DNA of 64,000 nucleotides from the IMG/VR virus record IMGVR_UViG_3300036772_000211, positions 961 through 64,960 of that record; one strand, given 5' to 3'. Below, one piece after another: positions 46,516 to 56,711 of this stretch. Each line of letters starts with the position of its first letter. The stretch's first letter is position 1. The position numbers and the translations under genes are program-made. The notes beneath the pieces are model-generated. The model was not told the DNA's origin, did no database searches, and saw nothing but the letters and a program-made list of their open reading frames with translations. Origin of the DNA: a virus. Lineage: Duplodnaviria; Caudoviricetes.

Positions 46516-48521
46516 TGCCTGATCCGACAGTAAGCGGTCCGCCACCAGCTGTCAGCGGTCCGTCGGCGCCGCCAGGCACGGGCAACCAGCCTGATCCGAT
46601 GGGTGGTTGGACCCCGCCGACGCTGGACACCTCGGGCACGCCGGATGGCTCGCAGCTGGATGCGGACTACGCCGCCGCGACGCAGGGGTTGGCAGATGCG
46701 AAGCAGGCAGTTCAGGACGCCGTCGGACGCTACCAGCAGCTGTATCAGGACTTCAACCAGGCGAAGACCGATGCTCAAGATCCGTCGAACACCAACGCAG
46801 CGCAAGAACTTCAGGCTGCCTATCAAGCCTTCGATACCGCACAGCGCGATCTAGGGACCGCAAACACCGCGTACGCCAATGCGAGCGCGCGTGTCGCGTC
46901 TGCAGCTGAATCCGCAGCCGCACGACCAGCCAACAATCCGGCGCTGAAGGCGTACTACCAGGCACATGCCAACCAGGCGAACGCATCTGGCGCGCTCGCC
47001 ACCAATCAGTCGCTGGCATTGCAGGCGACAACGCCGGAGCAGGTCAAGAACCTGGCGGCGAATACCACCAAGACGCTGCAGGACGCCCAGGATGCGGGCC
47101 TCATTACTCCGGCGCAAGTCGAGCAGATCAAGGCAAACACCAGCCAGATCACCAGCCAGACTGCGACAGCTGATGCCATCCGTCCGTACGTCGTCCAGCA
47201 GCAGAAAGCTGCGGCGACGACGGCAACGGCGCAGGCGAACCTCGCGCCAGAGGCCGCGCAGGCTGCGGTCGACAAGGCTCAGGCCGAGGTCGACCAGACA
47301 AAGACGCAGACGCAGCAGCTGGCGCAGACCCTGGCTAACACGCCGACGACGTCGGAAGCGCACGACGCGATTCAGCTGCAGCTGCAGCAGGCGACGACTG
47401 ACCTCGCGACCAAGCAGCAAGCGCTCGAACAGGCGCGGCAACTCATGCCTATCGCGGTCGCGGGCGCGCAGGCCAACGTCGGCCAGACTCTGGCGACCAC
47501 CCAGGCGACCCAGGCAGGCGCTGTGGCCACCCTTGCCGGTGTCGCGCAGAAGACGCTCGGTCCGCTGTACGGCGTGGGCGATCAGATCACCAAGCTGCGC
47601 GGCATGATCGCCAACGGTCAGATCCAGCCCGAGGACGCCAGCACCGCGCTCAACACCTACCTGAACAGTCAGCTGCAGGGTGCGACGCCGTTCCAGCAGG
47701 CTCAGGAAGCCAACACCTACAACCTGTCCAACCGCACGCTCGACGTCAACCAGGCCAATACGCGGCTGCAGGCTGGCGCCTCGTACGCGGGCAACACAAT
47801 GGGTATGTTCGGCCAGCTGGCCGCCGGCGCGGGACCAGGGCATGGTGCCGCGATGGCAGCTGGCCTGCAGGCGGCGCTCAACATGGGGCGCCAGTACTTC
47901 GCTCAGCTGGGTGGTTTGACCAACACGCCCGCGGCGCCCAATGCGATGTCGCAGGCTCCGACGGTGCACATCAACATCGGTAGTGGCCAGCCGACGAGCG
48001 CTGACACAACGCAATCCCAGCCGCAGCAACCCGTGCCGGCGATCAACACGACGCAGCCAGCTGGCGGCGCAGCTGTGCCAGGTACAGGTGGTATCGCTGG
48101 TGCGAATGCCAATCTGGGCGGCGCGCCGTCGGGTGGCATGTCGGGCGACTCCCTCGACTGGCAGGCTGCGACGGCAGCCATGCAGAACGCGGGCAATACG
48201 AGCGGTCTGCCGAACCCGATGACAATGGGCAACAACATGACATTGGGTGGTGTGAACCCGGGCCTGCAGATGCCAGCGTTCGCCTCCGGCGGCGTGGTCA
48301 CCAAGCCGACGGTTGCCCTGATTGGCGAGGCCGGCCCAGAAGCCGTCGTGCCGCTTGGCCATACGGGTGACGCCATTGCGTCGCACCCGTCGGTTCTGGC
48401 CGCGCTGGCCGCGCACCCGGGAGCTACGCCGAACAGCCCGTGGGGCCAGCACGTCAGCCGCTGGCGCAACGAGATCGCTTCGGGCAAGGTGTCGGTGGCT
48501 GCGGCGAGAGGAAGGCCATAG
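46515..48521 (+). CDS. Internal virion / ejection protein (Q/A-rich coiled coil)
   Basis: 668 aa; C-terminal FASGGVVTKPTVALIGEAGPEAVVPL motif, also seen in tape-measure proteins. Confidence 0.6.
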   Translation: MPDPTVSGPPPAVSGPSAPPGTGNQPDPMGGWTPPTLDTSGTPDGSQLDADYAAATQGLADAKQAVQDAVGRYQQLYQDFNQAKTDAQDPSNTNAAQELQAAYQAFDTAQRDLGTANTAYANASARVASAAESAAARPANNPALKAYYQAHANQANASGALATNQSLALQATTPEQVKNLAANTTKTLQDAQDAGLITPAQVEQIKANTSQITSQTATADAIRPYVVQQQKAAATTATAQANLAPEAAQAAVDKAQAEVDQTKTQTQQLAQTLANTPTTSEAHDAIQLQLQQATTDLATKQQALEQARQLMPIAVAGAQANVGQTLATTQATQAGAVATLAGVAQKTLGPLYGVGDQITKLRGMIANGQIQPEDASTALNTYLNSQLQGATPFQQAQEANTYNLSNRTLDVNQANTRLQAGASYAGNTMGMFGQLAAGAGPGHGAAMAAGLQAALNMGRQYFAQLGGLTNTPAAPNAMSQAPTVHINIGSGQPTSADTTQSQPQQPVPAINTTQPAGGAAVPGTGGIAGANANLGGAPSGGMSGDSLDWQAATAAMQNAGNTSGLPNPMTMGNNMTLGGVNPGLQMPAFASGGVVTKPTVALIGEAGPEAVVPLGHTGDAIASHPSVLAALAAHPGATPNSPWGQHVSRWRNEIASGKVSVAAARGRP

Positions 48522-48524
48522 CTC

Positions 48525-50006
48525 ATGCCGACATACTCGCTGCCAAACACCCAGACTGGCGGCAGCCAGAGCGTTGATGCAAGCTCGCTGGCTGCCGCGG
48601 AGTCTCAGGCGCAGTCAGGCGGCACGTGGTCGCCAGCCGCTGGCACGTATGGCGCGAAATCGTCACCGGGAGGCGACACTAGCGGCGGCAGCCAGGGTGG
48701 CAACCAGGGCGGCGGTAATGCCGCCGACACAGCTGCGCTCACGGCCGCATTCAACGCTGCTGGGACGATGTCCCAGAAGCAGCTTGATCAGCAGAAAGCC
48801 GAGTTCGACGCCCAGCTTGCCTTCCAGCAGCAGCAGATGCAGCAGGAGGGCATCCCGCAGGTCGTTATCAACCAGCAGCTGGCCGTGCTCCAGCAGCAAG
48901 AGTTCGCGTTCCAGTCCAATCAGGCCGTTCAGCAGCAAGCGCTGGCTCAGGCTCAGGTCACGGGTCAGTACAGCCAGCCGTTCCAGCCGTCGACGCCCGA
49001 TCAGTTCGCTCAGCAATCGAATAGCGTCCAGCAGCAGTACATCAACGCGCACGGCAAGGACAATCCGCAGCTTTCGGCTGCGGCTAACGCTGCGAATGCC
49101 TGGGCCGCGGATGCTTCGCAGGCGGGCCTCGCGGCGTACAACGCGAACGGCGGCGGCACGCCACAGCAGACGTTGGCAGCCCAGCTTCAGGCGGCGAACA
49201 TCGCCGCGCAGAACGCGGGCCTGACGGGCATCTTTCAAGGTTCCCCAACGCTGGCAGCGCAGCAGCAAGCCTTCGGGCAAGGCGTTACTGCCGCGGGGCT
49301 CACGGGCAGCTACCAGGGGCAGCAGACCCAGCAAGCTCAACTGCAAGCCTTCAACGAGGCATTGCAGCAGCAACAGCTGGGCCTGGGCGCGCTGCAGACC
49401 GCGGCCACGCTCACCGGTCCCTCGAATTTCGTCCAGGCGGCGAACTACGCCCGCGGCATCCAGAACACTCAGGTGCCGCAGTTCCTGAACAACCTGCTCA
49501 GCGGCCAGAACGGCACGATCGCCACGGGTGGATCGGGGCTGAGCACGCCGCTGTCGATCGGCACATTGGCGAGCAACCTCGGCGCGACGCCGGGCAACCC
49601 GAATGGTGTCTCTGGCATGAATGGCGGCACTGGCAATGGCACCGCGGCGACGAATGCGACTGGCGCATCACCACAGTATTCGAACATGTACTGGAATCCC
49701 AACGCGCCAGGTGCTGTTCCGCCTGGCACCCAGGCTCCCGTCCAGCAGATGGCGCTTCTTGGAAGCCCGACCTCGGCACCATCTGGCGCTACAAGTCAGC
49801 CAGACATGAATCAGACGCTCAGTCAGGCGTCGAAGGTGGCGCAGGCGGGCGGCTCAGCGCTCGGTCCGCAAGCCTGGGAGTCGCTGTCGCCAGACGAGCA
49901 GAGCATGTTCGGCTCGATGGTGGGAGGCGTGGGCGGCAGCATGCCGACGTTCTTGCAGCAGTACAAGCAGAGCCGCATTGGGCAGGGAGCAGCGCAAGCA
50001 GCATGA
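48525..50006 (+). CDS. Internal virion / ejection protein (Q/G-rich)
   Basis: Repeated AGLTG.Y/F.G..TL..Q units. Confidence 0.6.
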   Translation: MPTYSLPNTQTGGSQSVDASSLAAAESQAQSGGTWSPAAGTYGAKSSPGGDTSGGSQGGNQGGGNAADTAALTAAFNAAGTMSQKQLDQQKAEFDAQLAFQQQQMQQEGIPQVVINQQLAVLQQQEFAFQSNQAVQQQALAQAQVTGQYSQPFQPSTPDQFAQQSNSVQQQYINAHGKDNPQLSAAANAANAWAADASQAGLAAYNANGGGTPQQTLAAQLQAANIAAQNAGLTGIFQGSPTLAAQQQAFGQGVTAAGLTGSYQGQQTQQAQLQAFNEALQQQQLGLGALQTAATLTGPSNFVQAANYARGIQNTQVPQFLNNLLSGQNGTIATGGSGLSTPLSIGTLASNLGATPGNPNGVSGMNGGTGNGTAATNATGASPQYSNMYWNPNAPGAVPPGTQAPVQQMALLGSPTSAPSGATSQPDMNQTLSQASKVAQAGGSALGPQAWESLSPDEQSMFGSMVGGVGGSMPTFLQQYKQSRIGQGAAQAA

Positions 50007-50224
50007 GCAACCTCACGGTGTGGAACGGTCGCGTTGCGGAGCTTCGCGAACTCAGGACGGCGATCGAGGACAACTGCACGTGTGCTAAGCAGGCCGACGC
50101 GAAGCCCGGCAATACGTGCTCGGCGCACTCGCTCATGACCGACCAGCGTGTGATGGATCACCTGGCGTTTGCAGCGCGCTACCGCTGGAAATGGCAGCTG
50201 CAGGAAGACACGCGCCAGGACTGA
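50003..50224 (+). CDS. Small Cys/His protein
   Basis: ATGA overlap; NCTC..CSAH. Confidence 0.5.
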   Translation: MSNLTVWNGRVAELRELRTAIEDNCTCAKQADAKPGNTCSAHSLMTDQRVMDHLAFAARYRWKWQLQEDTRQD

Positions 50225-50227
50225 GGC

Positions 50228-53200
50228 GTGCCGCCGGTCTTCATCTCCAACGACGATTACCAGCAGTTCCAGGGCGATACCTGGGCGCAGCAGGCGCAGG
50301 GACAGGTCGCCGATCAGTGGGCGCAGCAGGCTAACGGCAACGCGCCGAGCATGGTCGCAGACGCTGCAGACCGAGCCCAGCAGTCGGCGCAGGCCCAGCA
50401 GGCTGTCCAACAGGGACAGGACCAACAGGCCGGCCTCGACAGTGCCGCGCAGCAAGGTGCGCAGGCGGGTATCCAGCAGGCTGCGACGGAGGCGCAGAAC
50501 AACCAGAACGCTCAGGACTGGACGAACAAGGCGTACTCGGATACAGCGACCAAAGTCACGGGTGTTGCGCCGCTGCCTTCGGCCGCGCCCGCCCCGGCTG
50601 CGGCTCCGTCCGACACCTCGGCGCCAGCACCAGCCGCTGTCGCACCTGACGTCACGGCGTCCGCCGCGCCGAGCGCGCCCGCCGGCCTCCCAAGCGGCGC
50701 TGCGGGCAACTTCGTGGCTTATGCGTGGCAGGCGGCACAGAAGGCTGGCATTGACCCGAACATCTTCGTGCGTCAGATCCAGCAGGAGTCGGGCTTCAAT
50801 CCGACCGCCAAGAGCGGGGCTGGTGCGCAAGGTATCGCCCAGATCATGCCGGCTACGGCGAAGGGTTGGGGTGTCGATCCCAGCGACCCGCTTGCAAGCC
50901 TGGACGCCGCTGCGACGCACATGGCTGGCTACCTTCAGTCTTACGGCGGCGACTGGGCGAAAGCGCTCGCAGCGTACAACGCTGGTCCTGGCAACGTCGA
51001 TAAGTTTGGCGGGGTGCCGCCCTTTGCGGAGACGCAGAAGTACGTCTCAAGCATCCTGGGCAGCGCTGGGCCGAGCGCGCAGGATTTGCTGAACAAGGCC
51101 GGCACGGCAGCACAGGGCGCAGGCACCGTGGCGAGCAGCGCCATCCAGGCGCCCGTGCAGAGCGCCCAGGACATCCTCGCGAAGGCGAACCCGTTCATCG
51201 GCAACAACTACGTGTGGGGCGGCAAGAGTCCGCAGCAGGGCTTCGACTGCTCAGGTCTGGCCGGCTACTTGACCACAGGCCAGCCTGAGTCGACCACCTC
51301 GCTGTACGGCAAGAGCACTGGTGTCGGCGCCGACCAGGCGCAGCCGGGCGACCTCGTGTTCTGGAACATGAACTCCAGCGACCCGCACGAGCAGCACGTC
51401 GCCGTCTACCTGGGCAATGGCCAGATCGTGCAGTCAGGCGGCGACCAGACGAAGGTCAACATCGGCAGCGTCAACCAGTCGATCGGCTCGGCGCCCGAGT
51501 TCCGACGCGTGAGCACGACTGCCGGCCAGGGACAGCCGGCACAGGCTAACGCGCCAGCTGGTGCTCCACCACCCAACGCGCCGCCAGGCCAGCCGGGCCA
51601 GCCGGCCCAGCCAGCTGCGACCAACCTGAGCGACTACATCACCCAGTACCAGGCAGCCAACAACGGAGCGATGCCCGACGATCAGGCTGTTGGCAACTTC
51701 GTGATGGGCCAGATGCAGCCTGCTGCCGGTGGCGCGCCACCACCACCCCCGCCGCCAGGTGGTCCGAACAACAACGGCAACAACCAGAATCAGCAACAGC
51801 CGAGTCCGCTGGATACGTTTCTCACCGGACTCGGCGGCGCCGGTAGTGCGCTCGGTGGCGTGCTCAGCAACGCTGGGCAGACCGCGCAGGGTGCGCTCGG
51901 CGATCTCGGGCAAGGTGCGCAGGCAGCTGGCACTGGTGTGGTCAATGCCGCGCAGTCACCGCAGGTTCAGGGCGCGCTCGGCACTGCGGGTGACCTGGCC
52001 TCCGGCGGCATTACTCGGGCGTTCAATAACCAGCTGCAGGATCTGGGGCAGAACGTGATCGCCCCGCCCATCAACGCCGTGGCCGACGCACTGAATCCCG
52101 CGGTCACGCCCACGCCCCCGCTCGCTCAGGGCGCGCAGGCGTTGTCGCAGCAGGATGTGCCGTTCTTGAGTGGCGCCGCGGGTGTTGCCGCGCCGTTCCT
52201 CGCTCAGCCAGGTGCGCTCGATGCGCTCATGAACCCGAACGTGCCAGACAGCCAGAGGATGCTGGCTGTCGGCGGCGTGGCAAGCCCGCTCGCGTTGGAG
52301 CAGGGTGGCGGCGAAGCGCTGGCGAACGCGGCCGGCCGCACCATGCAGGGCGCAAGCCTCGGCCAGCGATTGTTGGGCATTGGCCAGGACGCAGCCGACG
52401 CGACGGGCGGGGCGACAATGCCGATTGGACGCACACCGATCGGTCAGGGTGGTCTGGGGACGCCGAACTACAACTTTGCTGAAGGGTCGCCTGAGCAGCA
52501 GATCACTCAGGTGCTGCGCAATGCAGCGTCGACCGACGAGACAGGCCGCGCCAGGCTTACATCAGAGCAGATGTCGCAGCTACCTGGCATGCCTACTCCT
52601 GACGCGCCGTTGACTGCGCAGGGCAACACGCAGTGGAACTCTGGGCAGCCGCCGGCACTGGACGATTGGCGTTCGGCCATCGACGCGGGCATCCAGCACT
52701 CGCAGTGGTATTCGCAGTTCGCGAAGGGCATCGCCAATACGGTTGGACGCGCGAACATTCCCGAGTTTTCATCGCTGTTCGGCATCACGTCGCCTCAGGC
52801 CAAGGTTGACGTCAACCTGTCTCAGACGCTGGCTCTCATGCGGATGGCGCGCGAGTTCGAGGCGAACGGCACCCCGTTTACCGAGCAGACCATTCAGGAT
52901 TGGGTGCATGCCACGGATTCGAACGGCGTGCAGACCAACGGCATCCTGAAGAACGACGGCACGCCAGGCGGCTGGCAATCGTGGACGGGTCAGAAGGCAA
53001 AGCAGGTCGCCCAGCTTTATAGCGAGGGGAGCGTCGAGGTGCCGTCCAACGCGAAGACCCCGAGCTACGCGGGCAACATCATCTCGGCGCTAAACAATCA
53101 GTTCGATCCGAACTCCACGATTGACACGTGGATGTTTCAGCTTGGCGGCTATCAGAACAACAGCAAGGCTGCGAGTGAAGACCTGGCCTACCGTGCGATG

Positions 53201-56200
53201 CGTACGGTCAACGGGCATCTAGCCGGCGAGCTAGGGATCACTCCGAATCAGGCGCAGGCAGCAGCGTGGTTCGGGATGAAGGCAGTCAAGGACTTTGCCG
53301 ATACGGCGGGTGCTCCGCAAGCCCTGAAGTCAGCGATCGCTGACTACGGCAAGCCAGGCAGTACGACGACGCTCGGGGATCTCGTCGCGATGGGCAAGAA
53401 CGAGGGTGGCCAGTTTGGCGACTACGGGAACCTGTTTGACAGTCCGTCGGGCACCTGGCAGGACACGATCAACACCCCAAAGATCGCGCACCAACTCGGG
53501 ATGCTTCCCGACAACATCACCGATACGACACCTCCGGGCGCGGCCAGTGCTGGTCAGCTAACGTATCCCGGCCAGACGACCAAGGCGATCCCGTCGTCGT
53601 TTCCAGTCACGCCAGAGGACACGGCAGCCAGGCGAACGCTCGCGGAGGGTCAAGCGCCCGTGGTCACCTTGCCAGGCATGTCGGACAACATCGCTCAGCA
53701 GCTTGGCTACGATCCGCAGACGAGCCAGTTCTCAGCGCTCGGCAACATGCCCCACATTGTGGACGCAAGCGGTGACACGACCAAGGTGCTCATTCCAGGC
53801 GGTAACGTCGACGCGGCGCTGTACGCGGGCGCGACCGTCAATAAGGCCGCTGGCACCGACGCGATGGACGTTCACATGTTCACGCCGCAGGGCCAGGACA
53901 CCATTGGTTACCACGTGGTCAACAGCGACGGCAGCAACCTCGACGGGCCACAGGCTGAGGCAGTCAGGAACGCACTCGACGCGCATGACTTGCAATACTC
54001 TGCCTCGCCAGATGGTACAATCGTACGTGTACACGCTCCTACGAGCGGGGCCGATGAGGCTTTCCAGAGCCAGATGGCGCAGGCATTGGACAAGATGCCT
54101 AACCTTCAGGTTGAGGAACTCAAGGGTGTAGCTCAGAGCGTCGGGGCAGGTGACTATGACCAGATCATTCAAAGATATGCTTCGCGGTACGGCGCCCCCG
54201 AACAGCCCGGCGTACAAGCTGGGAACGTCGATCTCGGTGGGACCGAAGCTGGGGCCGGAGCAGCAGGGGGCGCTCAAACAGCTGGATACGGCGGAGCACT
54301 CGGAGGGGGCGGGCCAGGGGGCCAAGCCCCAGGGGCTAACGCCGCCACCTCGCCTCAACAAGTAATCGGTGGCGCCCAGGCGGGCGCTGTCAATCCGCGG
54401 TTCGCGACCTCGCTTGGCGGCGCCGCCGCGGGGGGCCTGGCAGGCTACAACTCGGATCCGAACGCTGACGAGCAGACGAAGATCGAGCGCGCGGCAGCTG
54501 GCGCGCTCGCGGGCGCAGGACTTGGCTACGCGGCGGGTAGCATTGCCTCGGGGGGCGTCGACCCGTGGGCCGTCATCCAGGCTGAGCGCGTCGGTTCGAT
54601 GGCGGGTGGCGTCTCGTCGCTTGCGCACATCGCGCTCAACACGCCGATCCAGGCGATGTGGAAGGTCGCGGGCGACGCGATCCTGTCGGTCAAGAGTCCT
54701 GAGACGATCCCGATGGAGTTCTTCGGCGCGTATAAAGGATTGGCCGAGTGGCTGCCGACCGTCATCCCGCAGCTGACCGCGCCAGGGAAGCTGGCGACGC
54801 AGATCGGTGGCGTCGAGGGGCAGGCTGTCGAGACAGGGCTGATGGGGCTGGTCAAGACCCACGGCGTGCTGCAGGACTTCGCCAGTTCGGTCGGCACGAA
54901 CATGGAGCTATGGCGCCTGGCAGGCGAACAGGCCGCTCAGAACAGCGTGCGCTTTTCGCCTCAATGGTGGAACGACGTCAACAAGATCGCCGCAGCGCCG
55001 CCAGGCCAGATGACTCAGCAAGCGCAACAGGTCGGCCAGCAATTCGCGCTCCGCGGTCCGCTGGGGCAGACAGGTTCGGCGATTCAGGACTTCCTGCAAG
55101 CCTCGCGGCTGGGGCGCTTGCTCAACCCGTTCTTCGGCATCGGCGCGCACGTTGTCTCGGGTGGCATCGAGCGCTCGCCGCTTGGCGCTCTGGGCACCGC
55201 AGCTGACGTCGCGCGCGCTCCATTCGGTTTCGGACCGTATGCAGCTACCGTTCCCGCTGGCCAGAGTCTGCTGCCAGGGGCGTCCCGCGTCAACTGGGGT
55301 GGTACGGACGCCGTAACTGCGCTCGGACCTCGTCTCAGGAACAATATCCTGGGCCTGGGGGCCGCGGTCTGGGCGTTCAACCAGGCTGCGCAGGGCAATA
55401 TCACAGGAAATGGGCCGTCAGACCCCGCAATCCGCGCGGAATTGACGAAAACGGGCTGGGCGCCGAACTCGGTGCGCATCGGAGGCCGCTATTTCAGCCT
55501 CAATACGCTCGGCGTGGCTGGCTGGGGGCTCGCGCAGGGCGCGAATGTGTACGAAGCGACGCATACGGGCGACCAGGGCGGCTACATGAAGCCAGATGCG
55601 ACCCTGCAGGACCAGTTAGGCGACGTTGCGGGCCGCATGTCGGCCTATGTTGAGAACGAAACCTTCTTGAAAGGCATCGGCGACCTCGCGGCTGCCATGC
55701 AGAACAAGGCGACAGGCTCTGGCGACGTCGCGTACGAGCTTGGCAGCATGGGATCGTCGCTCATCCCGCAAGGATCGCTGATTGGCAACGCTGCGAGCGC
55801 AATGGACCCCTTCCAGCGCAAGATTCAGACGGGTGACATCGGCCAGCAGATCGAAAATCGCATTCCAGGGCTTCGAGAGACGCTAAATCCGAAGCTGGGC
55901 GACACCGGCCAGCCGTTATCCAACCCGCAGGCGGGTTTGGGGGTGGTTTTGCCGCGAAGCAGCGTCATTCAGGACGATCCGGTGGCCAATATGCTGCTGA
56001 ACGTCGGAATGAGCCCGCCGGTGGCCCCGAAGACCATTCGCGCGGGCAATGAGCAGGTTCAGATCACCCCGGACGAGCAATACCAGTACCAGACCCTCCG
56101 CGGGGCCATGTTGCAGCAGATGATGGGTCCGTTGACCTCGAATGCGAAATTCCTGCAGGCTCAACCCCAGGCGCGCAAGCAAGTGCTCACGAAGATGCTG

Positions 56201-56452
56201 TCGCAGGCCGATTCCGTGGCTCAGCGGCAGCTTCTGGGGCAGATTGCGCAGGGTGGCGCTCTGGCGGGCCGTCTAACGCCTCAGGCGAAGAATGTGGCAC
56301 CGCAGAGCTTCGGCCCGCCCATGTCGATCCAGCAGTACCAGCCGCAGGGCGCTTCAGCGCCGCAGCAGAACCTGCCCGTCGAATCGGACATGGCTACTCT
56401 GTCTCCTGAGCTTCAGATGCAGCTGCAGGATCAGATGGGTGGCGGCGGGTAA
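50228..56452 (+). CDS. 2074-aa polyvalent virion protein: SLT transglycosylase + NlpC/P60 peptidase + further domains
   Basis: QQESGFNP..GAQGIAQIMP..ALAAYNAGPG; YVWGG..FDCSGL..HVAVY; central WY..SPQ..N..TIDTWM..QAAAW domain. Confidence 0.85.
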   Translation: MPPVFISNDDYQQFQGDTWAQQAQGQVADQWAQQANGNAPSMVADAADRAQQSAQAQQAVQQGQDQQAGLDSAAQQGAQAGIQQAATEAQNNQNAQDWTNKAYSDTATKVTGVAPLPSAAPAPAAAPSDTSAPAPAAVAPDVTASAAPSAPAGLPSGAAGNFVAYAWQAAQKAGIDPNIFVRQIQQESGFNPTAKSGAGAQGIAQIMPATAKGWGVDPSDPLASLDAAATHMAGYLQSYGGDWAKALAAYNAGPGNVDKFGGVPPFAETQKYVSSILGSAGPSAQDLLNKAGTAAQGAGTVASSAIQAPVQSAQDILAKANPFIGNNYVWGGKSPQQGFDCSGLAGYLTTGQPESTTSLYGKSTGVGADQAQPGDLVFWNMNSSDPHEQHVAVYLGNGQIVQSGGDQTKVNIGSVNQSIGSAPEFRRVSTTAGQGQPAQANAPAGAPPPNAPPGQPGQPAQPAATNLSDYITQYQAANNGAMPDDQAVGNFVMGQMQPAAGGAPPPPPPPGGPNNNGNNQNQQQPSPLDTFLTGLGGAGSALGGVLSNAGQTAQGALGDLGQGAQAAGTGVVNAAQSPQVQGALGTAGDLASGGITRAFNNQLQDLGQNVIAPPINAVADALNPAVTPTPPLAQGAQALSQQDVPFLSGAAGVAAPFLAQPGALDALMNPNVPDSQRMLAVGGVASPLALEQGGGEALANAAGRTMQGASLGQRLLGIGQDAADATGGATMPIGRTPIGQGGLGTPNYNFAEGSPEQQITQVLRNAASTDETGRARLTSEQMSQLPGMPTPDAPLTAQGNTQWNSGQPPALDDWRSAIDAGIQHSQWYSQFAKGIANTVGRANIPEFSSLFGITSPQAKVDVNLSQTLALMRMAREFEANGTPFTEQTIQDWVHATDSNGVQTNGILKNDGTPGGWQSWTGQKAKQVAQLYSEGSVEVPSNAKTPSYAGNIISALNNQFDPNSTIDTWMFQLGGYQNNSKAASEDLAYRAMRTVNGHLAGELGITPNQAQAAAWFGMKAVKDFADTAGAPQALKSAIADYGKPGSTTTLGDLVAMGKNEGGQFGDYGNLFDSPSGTWQDTINTPKIAHQLGMLPDNITDTTPPGAASAGQLTYPGQTTKAIPSSFPVTPEDTAARRTLAEGQAPVVTLPGMSDNIAQQLGYDPQTSQFSALGNMPHIVDASGDTTKVLIPGGNVDAALYAGATVNKAAGTDAMDVHMFTPQGQDTIGYHVVNSDGSNLDGPQAEAVRNALDAHDLQYSASPDGTIVRVHAPTSGADEAFQSQMAQALDKMPNLQVEELKGVAQSVGAGDYDQIIQRYASRYGAPEQPGVQAGNVDLGGTEAGAGAAGGAQTAGYGGALGGGGPGGQAPGANAATSPQQVIGGAQAGAVNPRFATSLGGAAAGGLAGYNSDPNADEQTKIERAAAGALAGAGLGYAAGSIASGGVDPWAVIQAERVGSMAGGVSSLAHIALNTPIQAMWKVAGDAILSVKSPETIPMEFFGAYKGLAEWLPTVIPQLTAPGKLATQIGGVEGQAVETGLMGLVKTHGVLQDFASSVGTNMELWRLAGEQAAQNSVRFSPQWWNDVNKIAAAPPGQMTQQAQQVGQQFALRGPLGQTGSAIQDFLQASRLGRLLNPFFGIGAHVVSGGIERSPLGALGTAADVARAPFGFGPYAATVPAGQSLLPGASRVNWGGTDAVTALGPRLRNNILGLGAAVWAFNQAAQGNITGNGPSDPAIRAELTKTGWAPNSVRIGGRYFSLNTLGVAGWGLAQGANVYEATHTGDQGGYMKPDATLQDQLGDVAGRMSAYVENETFLKGIGDLAAAMQNKATGSGDVAYELGSMGSSLIPQGSLIGNAASAMDPFQRKIQTGDIGQQIENRIPGLRETLNPKLGDTGQPLSNPQAGLGVVLPRSSVIQDDPVANMLLNVGMSPPVAPKTIRAGNEQVQITPDEQYQYQTLRGAMLQQMMGPLTSNAKFLQAQPQARKQVLTKMLSQADSVAQRQLLGQIAQGGALAGRLTPQAKNVAPQSFGPPMSIQQYQPQGASAPQQNLPVESDMATLSPELQMQLQDQMGGGG

Positions 56453-56612
56453 TCCAGATCGCGCATCCCAGGATAACCACGTAGGTTCCGATCACGATGA
56501 GTACCCAGTTGGGGTACTCGCGGCTGAAGGCTCCGACGCTCACCACGGTAAGAAGTACGGCGACCGCTGTCCACGCTCCGCGCCACGCTCGCTCGCGTTG
56601 TAGGTCAGTCAC
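56394..56612 (-). CDS. Small two-TM protein, antisense to the late operon
   Basis: Two hydrophobic helices; fills the gap between the giant gene and the scaffold. Confidence 0.5.
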   Translation of the reverse strand: MTDLQRERAWRGAWTAVAVLLTVVSVGAFSREYPNWVLIVIGTYVVILGCAIWITRRHPSDPAAASEAQETE

Positions 56613-56711
56613 GAGGCCGTTTTACCGCTGTACCTTTGCTTTCTCAAGCTGAGGCCGTAGACTTCTGTGCAAGCCTGCACTGACTAATCGGTCAGGCATG
56701 CTATAGAGGCA

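Noticed and set aside
46851-48452. Long antisense ORFs (this one, and e.g. 5964-7166, 8038-9351, 14137-15315, 16309-17493, 20091-21254)
   Set aside because: Shadow frames expected in high-GC coding DNA; no recognisable motifs.
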